A DNA stretch of 64,000 nucleotides from Eukaryota sp. GEM-RC1 (GCA_040285855.1 JAUFOQ010000001.1:2790001-2854000), one strand, 5' to 3'; shown: positions 10,761 through 23,155, counted from the stretch's first letter. Notes: generated from the letters alone by a model not told the origin. Numbers and translations: made by a program.

Positions 10761-13543
10761 CAGGTGGCAATCTATACCGTTGGATGTATCTCTTCTAAGA
10801 AAACTCGGAGTATTTGCTTAATAGGGTTAGCAATGCCTATCACTTTGTAGGTTCATCTAATAGTATCTTACAGCCAGAATCGTCAACTTTCTTCTCAAAG
10901 TCAATCAAAGATTGATTAGAGGGTTGAGACTTGCCGCACTCATCATGAATGGAAGCAATCAAAATTGATTTAACCTTGATGGTGTTTGATGAAATTTCCA
11001 AAATTCGGTCATCAAATTCGCTCTCATTGTGAAGATTGTGCTATGTTCTTTGTCTAATCAAATGATTAAACCATCATTAGGCAGAAACCTCAGATCATTC
11101 TGCAAATCATCGCCTATAAATGTTCTGGTACCAAAGAACTACAGGGAGAATATGCCTTTTATCGAACTGATGGGCCAAGTTTCTGGCTTTGAACGTCAGA
11201 ACACCATTTGCACTACCTAAAGAAGTTCCACGAATAAAATTCGTACATAAATGTAATCAATACTGTCTTCAGTAATTTCCATTTCTCAGTAATGAATAAG
11301 GTAATGAATGATCACAGAGCACGTTGCTTTAGTGTCAAATCCACCAATCACTGGAACTTAGTTCAATAACAATCAAAAGACTAAAGGCCCGTTACCTTTA
11401 TCTTAGATCCTTAGGTACTGAAACTATAAATCGTTTTAGATGTGTCATCCTTTATCCTCATGTGTGTTGAGAATTGCCAGGGGAATAACAAATTTATCTG
11501 ATGTGATGGTATTACCTGTTCTAATTTGCAAGACTTAAACATGGAATTCATTCTTGAAAGTTTAGGAATATGTTACGCATCACCAGACCTACACGTTCTG
11601 GACTTCCAATCGTCACTATGGTCACTGGTTTTGGGTCGCAACCTACAGTCTTTTCCATAGTGACGTTTGCTGTCACGACGTAACAGACCAGATCATCTGA
11701 GAGAGTGTCGATCTCGTTCAGATCTGGATTAACTCGACTTCTTTTCTTTTAGAATCGCTACTCACAGAGTCAGCAAACAAATAATCAGAATTGATGGCGT
11801 ATTGGTAAATATCATGATTCATATTTAATTAAGTTCATGTCTGATCTCTAAAATCTCGTCGCGAGAATTGCCATTCGAGTTGCCAGACTTATTCTCCTAA
11901 CTGAAGGACGCTGGACTTGGTTAGGACATTGTTTCGTCATCAGAGCAGAAACCTCTTATATTCAAGAGAAATGGGTTCATCTAGACTACTGATTTATTGT
12001 CATCAATTCCTACAATAGACGTTGGTTTTCAGTCCATCATCGACATCCTAATCAGGATAGTAGAACTTGTGTCCAACGCTATTAGCAGTAATTACCAAGT
12101 GAGTGGAAATAGAATCTCATGTGAACACGCATATCCAAGCAAGAGCAAACTTACTGAAGCAAACTACTACTGAGTCTTTTCGTTCCCCACAATGAAAAAT
12201 TTGACTCACTGTCAAAGTTTGTGATTCACATTAAGGGTCATATTCTGACAGAACCTGACAGACTTATGTTCGAAATAGACTCAACAGCTAAACACTTCTT
12301 TATTCCTAAACATTTTGTGATCCAAACTTATGGACAGAGTTCAACACCTATTGAAGGACGAATCTGTTTCCAACGAACGAAAAAAAAAAGAAACGTGGAA
12401 GGAAAGTCACAATTTACACTGGTACTACTTAGTGAGACTTCTAGTTGTCCTTGAACTGGAATATATTTCATCTCCATCTGAAGTTCAGTCGATAAAGGCT
12501 CGCAAGTCAAAATCATTAGGACATCATTTCGTCAACACCACGATAAAGAGGGGACACAAAAGACCAAAAGCTGTCTAGAGTGAAGTCAGTGCTACTAGGT
12601 CAGAACTAGCAGCGTCTGTCTCTTCAAGTGTTACTACTAGTCTAAAAACTAGCAGCAACTTCAAATGTACATTTTCAGAAATGACACGAGTCACATCTGA
12701 AAAGAGCAGAAAACCCACCAAACAAAGACTCAGAAAACCGCGGTTTGGGAGTTTTGTATCACATTGGTATTACGGGTTTCTTCACCGAATCAATCAATCA
12801 AAGAGAATCAAACAATTGTTTTATCAATAAAAGATCCAGATTGAATCGTTGTCTAAGTACATGTAGACATTTAAAGAGTACATCTGATTCAAAACCAGGA
12901 GTATTGTCTTCAACAAGTGTTTCCTTAACGTAGAAACTTCCTTTTTTTTAAGTAGACCCATCTAAGACAAAGAACATTTTCTTCTACTGTCTAGTCGAGT
13001 CAAGAACTTTCACTGGAGGAGAACCAGTCACTATTTCGTTTAATTAGAGCTACGTAATCGTGCTGAGCTCAAATAGAAAGCTTCGACCATTGTAGGATAA
13101 TTACTTTGAGTGCTTAGACTGACTTTCAGCCAAAAGCTTCTCCAAACTGTGGAATCACGAACTGATACAGTGGTCCATATGAACTTCTCTTGTATTGACA
13201 GACGTGAGTTCAGTTTCCTGATCTTAGAAGAAACTGTGATAGAAGTCTTCTCAGAGAACAAACTCTGGAAGTTCTTCACAGCTCATCAAAAATTCTTGCG
13301 CTGAGCTGACCTCAAGCGACTTCTTTCCGTATTCACTATCCATCCATGGAGAAAAAAACGGAGAAATCCTTAATGACATCTGACGTGTAGTCGGATACAT
13401 ATTTGGAACATGGGAGTTCTTCTTCCCAAGCTTTGGGACCAGAAGATTCTCCAATCCTTTCAGGTGCTGGCTCTAACGATAAGTCAAGAGAGCATCCCTA
13501 TTCGGTATCGCAGAATTCCTTAATGGAACTGGAAACCCTTGCG

Positions 13544-13665
13544 AGTTCTCCACAAGGAGAGTCTCTATTAGGGTCGTTAGTCGGTTCAAGTTCTCCACGA
13601 GGAGAGTCTCTAATAAGACCATCAGTCTGTTCAAGTTCTCCACGAGGAGAGTCTTTAATAAGACC
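13544..13665. repeat. About 2.7 tandem copies of a 45-bp unit in the leader/gag region of the retrotransposon
   Basis: AGTTCTCCAC(A/G)AGGAGAGTCT starts at 13544, 13589 and 13634. Confidence 0.85.
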
Positions 13666-13712
13666 TGAATCATTTGTTAACGCACCTGTACCTTTAACAG
13701 AGCAATGATCAT

Positions 13713-13805
13713 TGTTACCTGTATGAGACATGTGGTAAGTATAAGTATATTAAATAATGAAATTGGTACTAGAACACCGCCACGTATTAACACCTGTGGC
13801 CTACA
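13713..13805 (-). repeat. 5' LTR (93 bp)
   Basis: Identical to 7635-7727. Confidence 0.95.
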
Positions 13806-15388
13806 TCTTCACAGTAAGAATATTGAAGGTGTCATTGTACTATGTGAATCATTGAAAACCAATTGTTCAATCACCTCTGTTAATCTTTGTTATAACGACA
13901 TTGACAACGAAGGAGTGGCGGTGTTGTCTGAATTACTGAAAGTTAACACTACCATTACTCATATCAATTTGACATTCAACTCAATTGATAATGACGGAGC
14001 TACTGTATTTGCGGAAATGTTGAAAGTTAATTCCACGCTTACTTACATTGATTTAAGTTATAATAATATTGATAACGAAGGAGTGACAGTCTTGGCAGAA
14101 GCGTTGAAGAGCAATTCTACTGTTTCCGATCTTATTCTAACTAGCTATACCACTAGAGCACCAGAAGTTGAGATACACTTTCGTCCAAAGTGTCACTGAA
14201 TTTGTAGCAAATTTGTAATTAAATTGTATTCAAAAAATTCATTACGTTATTTTGTAACTTTTTTTAGTCCTTTGATTCTTTTAAGGACTTTTGTTTTTCC
14301 ATGAACCAATAAGAAACCTGTAGTGGTACATTCGTTAGTTAAATTTAATTCCGTTAGAATTGTTCAACATCTACAGGTATTGATGTTAAAAACAAACGCA
14401 CAGCTGACATCATACTGAGTGTCAACTAATTTAGATCTACTTCACGGGACCCATTTTATATAAAAGAACAGATATCGTTGTTAAAACAGCGTAATGAATC
14501 CCTTACAAGTGGTATCACTTTGCTAGTATAGTCGAGGACATCATAATCATTCTTTTGACTTTGACAAAACAATCTTTGACTGTACTTTTGTTCACACAAA
14601 CTCCATAGATGTACAAATTATATTTTGCCTTTATTTAATGTATTATCCGCAGCACAATCTCTTTTAACAACAACAAGCCAAGCAAAATGTTTAACGATCA
14701 AGAGTTATCATCAAGAAAGAGACCATACACTGGAGGGATTTGAGTAATCAAACACGAAGCAGAACTGTTAGAAAGATCAATCAAATTTTTTTAGAAAAGC
14801 GGATCTAATATTATGTGATTAACGGTAGTTTGACTGGAATCAACTTGTGAGTTTTCACGACGAGAATTATCAATCAATCAAGACCGAACTTGCTGAAAAG
14901 GAGTTCTGTTTTGAAATTCAATCCATGGGAATTAAACCTTTCAAATCTAACATCTCTAACATTATTACTAAGAAGTAGGGCTCCCGTTTTACCTGTTCAC
15001 CTCAGATGACCCGACGTTTCCAAATATGACCTGGAGTCAACCAGACTTTTGTTCACCCGTTCGACCCAGTGTCACCTGGTACATTATAGTGTAATTGGGA
15101 GGCATTGAAAACGTTTGAAGCAGCAGAGATGGAGACTGTATTTATTTGCGGTTGATCAAGTTGGCTGAATGTGCTTTGTGGCAAAAAAATGCCAGCTAAG
15201 AAGAAGAACTTGACTTGATGAACGCCTTTTTAGCATGATCTGGATATTGGCGACACATTTTACATTTGCTGCGTGCCTAAATTTTTGATTTCTTTAGGCG
15301 ATTGTTATAAATACCAAATTTCGTTCTTGTCTGTGGGTAAAAGAGATTTTGAAAAAAACTTGTTTTTATTTGCGTTTTTCATTAAAAC

Positions 15389-15945
15389 TGCGACTGTCCA
15401 AAGTTCGGTCCACCCAAAAGGTCTGACTCAGTCCGGTTCTTCTTGGTTCACTGGTTCAAGTTCCGCTTTTTCATCAACAGAACCGGACACGGTCCGACCC
15501 ATATTTTCTTTAAACTCTTATCAGTGGTAAAAACAAACCATTTGCGAAGATATACTGTATTGGACACTGTGTTCGCAATGTGAGAATCTAACTGAAACAA
15601 TCAATAAATAAGTATAGGATTATTTTTGAAATTCTTGTCCCCCAATGGTCCTTAAAGCTAATCCTCCTGCAGAGTTTTCATATTCTGCTTCACGTAAGGA
15701 AGCATGGATTTGAAACTACTTCACCCGCCTTGAGGACAAACGTGCTCGCTGCAACGCTGAAGGTTGTGAGAAACACAAACAACCTTATGCAGCAATCACA
15801 GGGAATGGTACTATTATACGACATCTTCAGAACCACCATAATGATATTCTTCAACCCAATGAACGGAAGGAAAGTCTTCAGAATGTCCAGGTCCTCACCA
15901 CTTTTCTGCAAATGTGTAAGCAAGACGCTGAGTGTGATCCAATAG
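15389..15945 (+). mobile_element. hAT left end plus BED-finger transposase fragment (degenerate copy)
   Basis: Homologous to 21321-21928, with a stop in the WIW motif. Confidence 0.65.
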
Positions 15946-17500
15946 TCAAAGTCTCAACCATCATTCAAGTGTTACTTGGTCACACAAGTGTAACAACCAT
16001 CGACTTCTCGTTGATGCCATTCTCTCTGAAGAAAAAGATGACGTGACCAAGAAGAGTTACTTGCTCAAGACCACCAAGTTACAGACTTCTATTTGATAGA
16101 TTTTGGGTCACAGAAGCTTATCCTAAGGATAATAAATGGATGAACCTTAAGAAGGTCGATGAGATGTGAAAAAGACATAAAAGTTATCAAACTTATGAAG
16201 ATGCTTGCCATTAGAGTTATAAGGAATTCTTGAAACAAAGAAACGATAAGTAAGTGCACCCAAAACCGTCCATGGAGAGTTTCTAGATCGATGCTACAAT
16301 ATACTGGAGTTTACTTTGCTCACGTTGCTACCGTATTGGAAAATTCCAAGGGATATCAAGAACTAAACCGTTACTTACAGTTTACTAATACTACCACGAA
16401 TTGATCAAAGAAGGATAGTGACATACTGGTTAGAAGATTAGTTAGAAAAGTTTGATCCAAATGTTCAACTTGAGATGTTAGATATCTTACCATGTGGAAC
16501 TGAAACTTCAGAAACCATATCGATTGTAGATGGTACTGTATTTGCAATAAAACAAATATACAACCTGCGAATTGCAAACATGGTGAATTACATTCCCACC
16601 TCATTCCTCTTTCTGTATTAATCATTTATAATAAATGCCCTTGAACACAGATCAATTATTTTCTGGGGCTAATTTGTCTGAGTTTAAGGTACAAGCCTCC
16701 GAAGACACATGGTGGAACGGAAGAACAAAGACATCCTCGAAATACTCCAACTTTGCAGACAACCCACTACGCTCATGGTCAGAGACAATACCCCGAATAC
16801 AACTCATTTTGAACAACTTTATATGCTCAAGAACATCGTTTACGCCACAGCAGCTTTTATTCGGGACTTTCGCTGAACCTAGAGACCACGCTAGACATCT
16901 TGTTAACTGCCACTTCAAAACCTGATAAAAACGGATTAGATAGAAGAACTAAAGCAGCAAAGTTCATCAAGAAACTAGACTCAGATCTGCGAACTTACTG
17001 GCACATAGGTAATATCATCCAACAGGCTTTTATTCGAGATTTACCAAACAATCGTCCATCATGCCGACGATCTAGTTTTAAGACTTTACGATAGACCAAA
17101 CAAACTACAAGTTCAAGCAGGGACATTCCAAGTGATTAAATTCTTAGGAACTTCAGAAATACCAAAAAAGAAGCATCATTGGACCAGAAGAATATGAAGT
17201 TTCAGGTTATGAACTGAAACTTTTCCATCCGAACACAGTAAATGACCACGCAAAGCAAGTTGCCGCTAACGATCGAGAGGAAGTAGTAGTACAAAATGTG
17301 ATTGCCCAAGAAGAAAGTGCAGACGGATTGTGATTCAAAGTCTTCTTCAAAGGCAACGGCATATCTCAAATGAAACCTCTATCATCCTTAAGAGATGGTT
17401 CTCGTATAAATGATAAACTTCTGCAATATGCCACCTCGAGATCTATAAAGCTATCTTCAAGAAAAGAAAGAAAATGTAGTGAAGCAATAGCTATGATTAC
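15945..17500 (+). mobile_element. Heavily decayed gypsy pol relic (integrase C-terminus and chromodomain-like tail)
   Basis: WSETIPRIQLILNN...TSFTPQQLLFG and EEVVVQNVIAQEE...FKVFFKG, with many stops. Near-identical copy about 34.5 kb downstream. Confidence 0.6.
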
Positions 17501-18745
17501 GTGTGACATAGTTTTGTAGTTCATATTATGGTATAAACTACTTTTCCCCAATACAATCGTGCACAAACCAACAATGAATTCATTTTGGCAGCAAAGAATT
17601 CGATTTTTTCAAACATTGAAACGATACACAAGATGGGTTTTTAGGTTATTCACTTTGTCCTTCGACACAATTCAGTAGTGAAGGACATGAATTTTACAAT
17701 AATACTTTAAGAGCTACTCTGGCTGACGTGATCAAGAACACGTGACATTGATCAAGAATTACACTGCACCGTCCTAATCACACTCAATTTCCATGATTAA
17801 CTGTGATCTTAGTGTGTCCGGCAAATGAAATATCCAGCACAGACTTTCTTTAAAGCAACTAAACAGGTCCTTGAAATACAATCAGCAACTTGTTGGATTT
17901 TGTAATTAGAAATAAACAAGTTTTCCACTTAGCCTGTTTTAGAAAATGTAATAACTTGATTGAAATTCAATATTGCAAATTTGTTAGATAACAATGCTTA
18001 TACATTAGTAAACGAACTTACTTCATTCACAGAAAAACGACAGATTTAGTTTTAAGACAGCGAAATCCAACTTTAAATCTAGGTCAAAACCAAACTCACG
18101 ATCAACAACTGATTAAAATTTGATTGATAACTTGCAACTTCACTAATGGTGCGTTTAATCCTGTATTCAGAACAATTCCGAATTTAATATTAGATTATTA
18201 CAATAAATTAACAAAATTGCCACAAATTCTGATCTCTCTTCGGAGACACTTTTACAGTAGAACTGTGTAACTGATGACTATTGAAGCAGACCATCATTGG
18301 GAGAAGCTGTGATTTTGCAAGGAAAAGCAGGGTATAAATGGTCACAGTTATTGAGTTCAGTGATGACGTGTCATTGATTATTTACAGAGAGGCAGCAAAG
18401 ACCTAAGAAGAGACAAAAAGAAGTTCTTTTAGGACTGAAGTGGAAGAGTTGTTTTTGAAAGAAGAACTGAGGTGATAAAGACCATGCATCGTTGAGAGAT
18501 CGTAATCCCAAATACAAGGAACAGAGACCAGAAGATCCTTTGAAGAGAGAAGATTAGTAGGAAAGACTTGAAAGATTATGACAAGAGGAAATTGGAAAGA
18601 AACAAGTTCACCCACAAGCATTGTACTAATGATAGAGAAAGAATACGTAATGTACACTACTTGTAGCTGGGTTTGCGTGGAAACTGACAAATGTAAGGAT
18701 TCTCTTACCAGAAACGAACCACTGCATTTCTTTGCATTACTTCTC

Positions 18746-20275
18746 ATGTCATTCTCCCTTCCCCCAGCAGAAACTCTATCTATCATTCTCGATGAACCTT
18801 CCCTATGCAACCAAACCATTACATTTGGAGAAGAGTCTATTGAAGTGAACAAGTTCATCCTTGCTGCTCATTCTACCTACTTTCGGTCTCTTTGGTTCTT
18901 GGAGTTTGGTGATAGAGACGAAAACCCAATCGACTTCTCCCATCTCCCTGTTGACTCTAACAACTTTCTTGCCTTCATCAAGTCCTTCTTCGGACAATCA
19001 TTCACCCTTGATGAGAACAATGCCTATGATTTCTACTATCTCGTCCACTACTTCCAAGTGGACAAACTGATCGTACAAGTTGAAAACCACCTCAACACTA
19101 ATCTCATGACCTGGGCTTGGTTAAAACCATTCATTAAAGAAGCAGATCAAAGAAATGACTTGAGAGCTCTGGAATTCGTTGGTCCTTTCTTTTCTAAGAT
19201 TGACGATCTTCTCATTGATGACGTGATGGCAATCACTACTGAAGGGTTAAAAACTCTTTGCAAATACTGTACTTCCACTCAATCTCAATCGTGGTTCATC
19301 AAATCGATGGTGGAATCAATTTTGAATCAAAGTTTTGATTTGAATGAATTTTTAAATGTTTTAAATTCTTGCTCAATTGAAGCCTTTTCATTTCAACAAT
19401 GGGATGAGTTTCTGTTTGTTCCTTTAAAAGATGTTGAAGAATTGGAAGCCGATTTGATGAAGTTTTTGTTTACAAGAGTTAAGAATCTTTATTTTAACTC
19501 TTTGGTGAAGGAAAATTCCGAATTAACTACCAAAAATTCGGATTTAGAAAGCAATAATTCTGACTTAAACTCACTTACTACTGATTTAACAACGGAAATT
19601 CATGATTTGAAGGCAGAAAACTCTAGTTTAAAGGAAAACAATTCTGATTTATCCATGAAAATTTCCAGTTTAGCAACTGATATTCAGAATTTAACTGCTA
19701 CAAAGTCTAACGAAATTGTTAAACTACAACAAGAAATTGAACAGCTTAAAAAGACAACTACAGAAACTCAAGCGGTGTCTCAATCAGATCCTCAATCAAA
19801 AGTGATTAGATTCTCCACAACTCAGAAACATTCTCAGTTACAAGTTAGTGGGGATAGAAAGAGAGTTGTTCATGGAAATGGTGGTATTGTGGCTAGAAGT
19901 ATCTTGGGAGAAGATCCACTTCTTCCAGGTAATGAGTATACTTGGAAGTTGAGGTACCAGGGGGATACTGGTAATCTTCTTGTTGGAGTCATTGACGAGT
20001 CAAAGTTTGATGTTGATGGTAGTTGTTATAACAATGCTCACTGTTTCTGCAATAGTGGTAAAGGTTGGGGTTGTCTCTCAGAAAACAAAACTACGTGGAA
20101 TCCTGGTGAATTACTCGAAATCAATGTCAATCTCATTAATCACACTTTAACAATCAAATCTGTGAGTATTTCTTCAATTAATCTTACTGGAACTCTTCCC
20201 AGATTAAGCAGTGGTAATTATTATCCATATGCTAGGTTTTTTTATAGTGATTACGTTCTTGAAATTGTTGAATAA
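18746..20275 (+). CDS. BTB/POZ - coiled-coil - SPRY/B30.2-like protein, copy A (intact, 509 aa)
   Basis: VNKFILAAHSTYFRSLW and YYLVHYFQVDKL (BTB), Leu heptads, YTWKLRY..LLVGVID..GELLEINVNL..YYPY (SPRY). The start MSFSLPP is conserved in paralogs. Confidence 0.85.
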   Translation: MSFSLPPAETLSIILDEPSLCNQTITFGEESIEVNKFILAAHSTYFRSLWFLEFGDRDENPIDFSHLPVDSNNFLAFIKSFFGQSFTLDENNAYDFYYLVHYFQVDKLIVQVENHLNTNLMTWAWLKPFIKEADQRNDLRALEFVGPFFSKIDDLLIDDVMAITTEGLKTLCKYCTSTQSQSWFIKSMVESILNQSFDLNEFLNVLNSCSIEAFSFQQWDEFLFVPLKDVEELEADLMKFLFTRVKNLYFNSLVKENSELTTKNSDLESNNSDLNSLTTDLTTEIHDLKAENSSLKENNSDLSMKISSLATDIQNLTATKSNEIVKLQQEIEQLKKTTTETQAVSQSDPQSKVIRFSTTQKHSQLQVSGDRKRVVHGNGGIVARSILGEDPLLPGNEYTWKLRYQGDTGNLLVGVIDESKFDVDGSCYNNAHCFCNSGKGWGCLSENKTTWNPGELLEINVNLINHTLTIKSVSISSINLTGTLPRLSSGNYYPYARFFYSDYVLEIVE

Positions 20276-20499
20276 AGTTGATTACATCATCATTGTGAGT
20301 AACTGTCCTCATTTAATGTTTCGAATTAAAATAAATTTTTGAACACTGAAGCGAATTCGATTAGAACACACCAACTACAAGAAGAAGTTAATGTAAGTTC
20401 ATAAGTAAGATTTAATTCAAAATCATCGGCAAAAAGCCTGTCTTCATTTGGACAACAAACCGTATAAAACTTAATAAATAACATTTAAAAGGGGGTTTT

Positions 20500-20830
20500 A
20501 TTAATCAGTGAAATAGATGCTTTTGCAAACAATATTAACTAACAGAAACTAACTAAAGTATCTAAACTTTGATCCTTCTGTTCATCACCGAACAACTTTC
20601 CTAAAATTGAATTAAAACATCGGTGCATTGAACGCAGCAACGTTAACCTACTCAAACAAAAATGTTCATTGAATACTTTACCGTACTCATGACACAATTT
20701 GCCAAAGGAAGTAAAAAAACCTTGTGCAGCTGGTCCAGCATTACCATCTATCGACATCGCAAAAGGTTGAAACACAAAAGAATTGTACATGCCAACATTC
20801 AATTGATTAATTAAATGACAGTACTGTATT
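20500..20830 (-). mobile_element. 3' fragment of an RLE-type non-LTR retrotransposon (also at 25447-25777)
   Basis: FVFQPFAMSIDGNAGPAAQGF resembles the C-terminal RLE motif at 2841-3479 and 48523-48786. Confidence 0.6.
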
Positions 20831-21320
20831 TTCTAATTGGGAAGCTTTGAGAGCGTTTGAAGTGGCAGATTTGGAAACTGCATTTATTTGCGGTTGATCA
20901 AGTTGGCTGAATGTGATTTCTGGCAATGAGATATCAGCTTATAAGAAGAACTTTACTTGATGAATGCCTTTTTAGCATGATCTGGACATTGGCGACAGAT
21001 TTTACATCTGCTGTGTGTGAGCAAAATTTTGATTTCTTTAGGCGATTGTTAGAAAAACCAAATTTCGTTCTTGTCTGTGGGAAGAAGAGATTTTAAAGAT
21101 ATTGCTAGTGCTTTTGGAAAGAGTATAGTTTCCCTTATTGTAGCACATTGTATCATTTTACTGTAGTAGAATCGATTGATTTAAGTTCAGTTCAATAATC
21201 ATATATATTTCAGAAGTTCTTATTATACCAAGATATTCGTAGAAAATTATATTATTTGTGGAGCTGATAGGTAAGTCATTTTGAGAAAACTTGTTTTTAT
21301 TTGCATTTTTTCATTAAAAC

Positions 21321-21928
21321 TAGGACTGTCCAAAGTTCGGTCCACCCAAAAGGTCTGACTCAGTCCGGTCTTTCTTGGTTCACTGGTTCAGGTTCCGCAT
21401 TTTCATCAACAGAACCGGAACCGGTCCGAACCGATATACTTTTTAAACTCTTATCAGTGGTAAAAAGAACTTTTGCGAAGATATACTGTATTGGACACTG
21501 TGTTCACAATGTGAGAATCTAACTGAAACAATCAATAAATAAGTGTAGGATTATTCTTGAAATTGTTACCCCCAATGGTCCTTAACGCTAATCCTCCTGC
21601 AAAGTTTTCATCTCCTGATTCACGTAAAAAAGCATGGATTTGGAACTACTTCACCCGCCTTGAAGACAAACGTGCTCGCTGCAACGCTAAAGGTTGTGAG
21701 AAACACAAACATCCTTATGCAGCAACCACAGGGAATAGTACTATTATACGACATCTTCAGAACCACCATAATGATATTCTTCAACCCAATGAACGGAAGG
21801 AAAGTCTTCAGAATGTCCAGGTACTCACCACATTTCTGCAAAAGCATAAGCAGTACGCTGAGTGTGATCCAACAGTACTAAAAACGTATTCTTGTGGTTT
21901 CAAATTTGTTAAATTAAAACAAATATGA
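21321..21928 (+). mobile_element. hAT left end (TAGGACTGTCC, CCGG-rich subterminal repeats) plus BED zinc-finger transposase N-terminus
   Basis: AWIWNYF...ARC..C...GNSTIIRHLQNHH. Further copies start at 26268, 39930, 61949 and 15389. Confidence 0.75.
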
Positions 21929-23155
21929 AACCACAAAATCTGTCCCAACAGTCAAAGTCTCAACCATCATTCAGAGTGTCACTTGGTCACACAAGTGTAA
22001 CCACCATTGACTTCTCGTTGATGCCATTCTCTCTGAAGAAAAAGATGACGTGACCAAGATTTCCTTGTCAGAAAAGTTACTTGCTTAAGACCAGCAAGCT
22101 ACGGACTTCTATTTGATAGATTTTGGGTCACAGAAGCTTATCCTAACGATATTAGATGAATAAACCTTAAGAAGGTCGGTGAGATGTGAAAAAGACATAA
22201 AAGTTATCAAACTTATGAAGATGCTTGCCGGGTTATAAGGAATGTTTGAAACAAAGATTTGATAAGTAAGTGTACACAAAACCATCCCTGGAGAGTTTCA
22301 AGATTGATGCTCCAATATGCTGGAGGCTAAAAAGAATAAGCTCTCCATTGTTCTGCACTATTACACCAAACTCCTGGAAGGTGCAGAACCTCCAATTGAT
22401 CACCCTGAATACTCTGAAATTAAATAATTTAAGATTATCCAATGCTGTTAGATAACAATGCTTATATATTAGTAAGCGAACTTACTTCATTCACTGAAAA
22501 ACGACAGATTTAGTTTTGAAGACAGCAAAATCCAACTTTAAATCTAGGATCAAAACCAAACTCACGATCAACAACTGATTCAAATTTGATTGATTACTTG
22601 CAACTTCACTAATGATGCGTTTAATCCTGTAATCAGAACACTTTCGAATTTAATATTAGCTTATTACAATAAATTAACAGAGTTTCCACAAATTCTGATC
22701 TCTCTTAAGGGAAGCTTTTACAGTAGAACCGTGTAACTGATGACTCTTGAAGCAGACCATCATTGAGAAAAGCAGTGATTCTGTAAGGAAAAGTATGAAA
22801 GACTTGGCCACAGTTATTGAGTTCAGTGATAACGTGTCATTGATTATTTACAGAGAGGTAGCAGAGACCTAAGAAGTGACAAGTAAGATGTTCTTTTAGG
22901 AGCTGGAAGAGTTGTTTTTGTAAGAAGAACTGAGGTGATAAAGACCATGCATCTTTGAGAGATCGTAATCCCAAATACAAGGAACAGAGACCAGAAGATG
23001 CTTTGAAGAGAGAAGGACTGAAGATTAGTAGGAAAGACTTGAAAGATTATGACAAGAGGAAATAGGAAAGAAACAGGTTCACCCACAAGCATTGTAAAAA
23101 TGATAGAGAAAGAATGTGCAATGTACACTACTTGTAGTTAGGATTGTGTGGAAAC

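Larger units (their letters stand above)
7635..13805 (-). mobile_element. Full-length Ty3/gypsy (chromovirus-like) LTR retrotransposon
   Basis: Identical 93-bp TG...CA LTRs, 4-bp TSD TCTT (7631-7634 and 13806-13809), PPT, protease relic FDTKAT near 11330, and RT-RH-IN-chromodomain order. Confidence 0.95.
6503..14199 (+). pseudogene. Ribonuclease-inhibitor/NLRC3-type 28-aa LRR gene, frameshifted near 6719 and interrupted by the LTR retrotransposon (parts 6503-7634 and 13810-14199)
   Basis: Repeats NxTITxLNLSxNxIGxxGAxALAEALKx on both sides. Removing 7635-13809 rejoins ...THITL|HSKNIEGVIVLCESLKTN in frame. Confidence 0.85.

Noticed and set aside
9810..11335. APOBEC-like G-to-A hypermutation of the retrotransposon (two D>N changes, DTGA>DTKA)
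   Set aside because: Only three sites. Trp codons in pol are intact, and the decayed region has indels and mixed substitutions.
13705..13809. LTR-derived N-terminus of ORF 13705-14199 as a new gene
   Set aside because: Chance read-through from the LTR into the 3' half of the disrupted LRR gene.
7657..13818. LTR contains GTAAGT and is followed by CACAG/TAAG, suggesting the element could be spliced out of the LRR mRNA
   Set aside because: The donor is phase 1, and neither nearby AG (13814, 13818) restores the LRR frame.
18578..18745. N-terminal extensions of the BTB ORFs in the ORF track (also 23471, 28543, 35072)
   Set aside because: The extensions differ between copies and run through MITE sequence; the conserved start is MSFSLPP.
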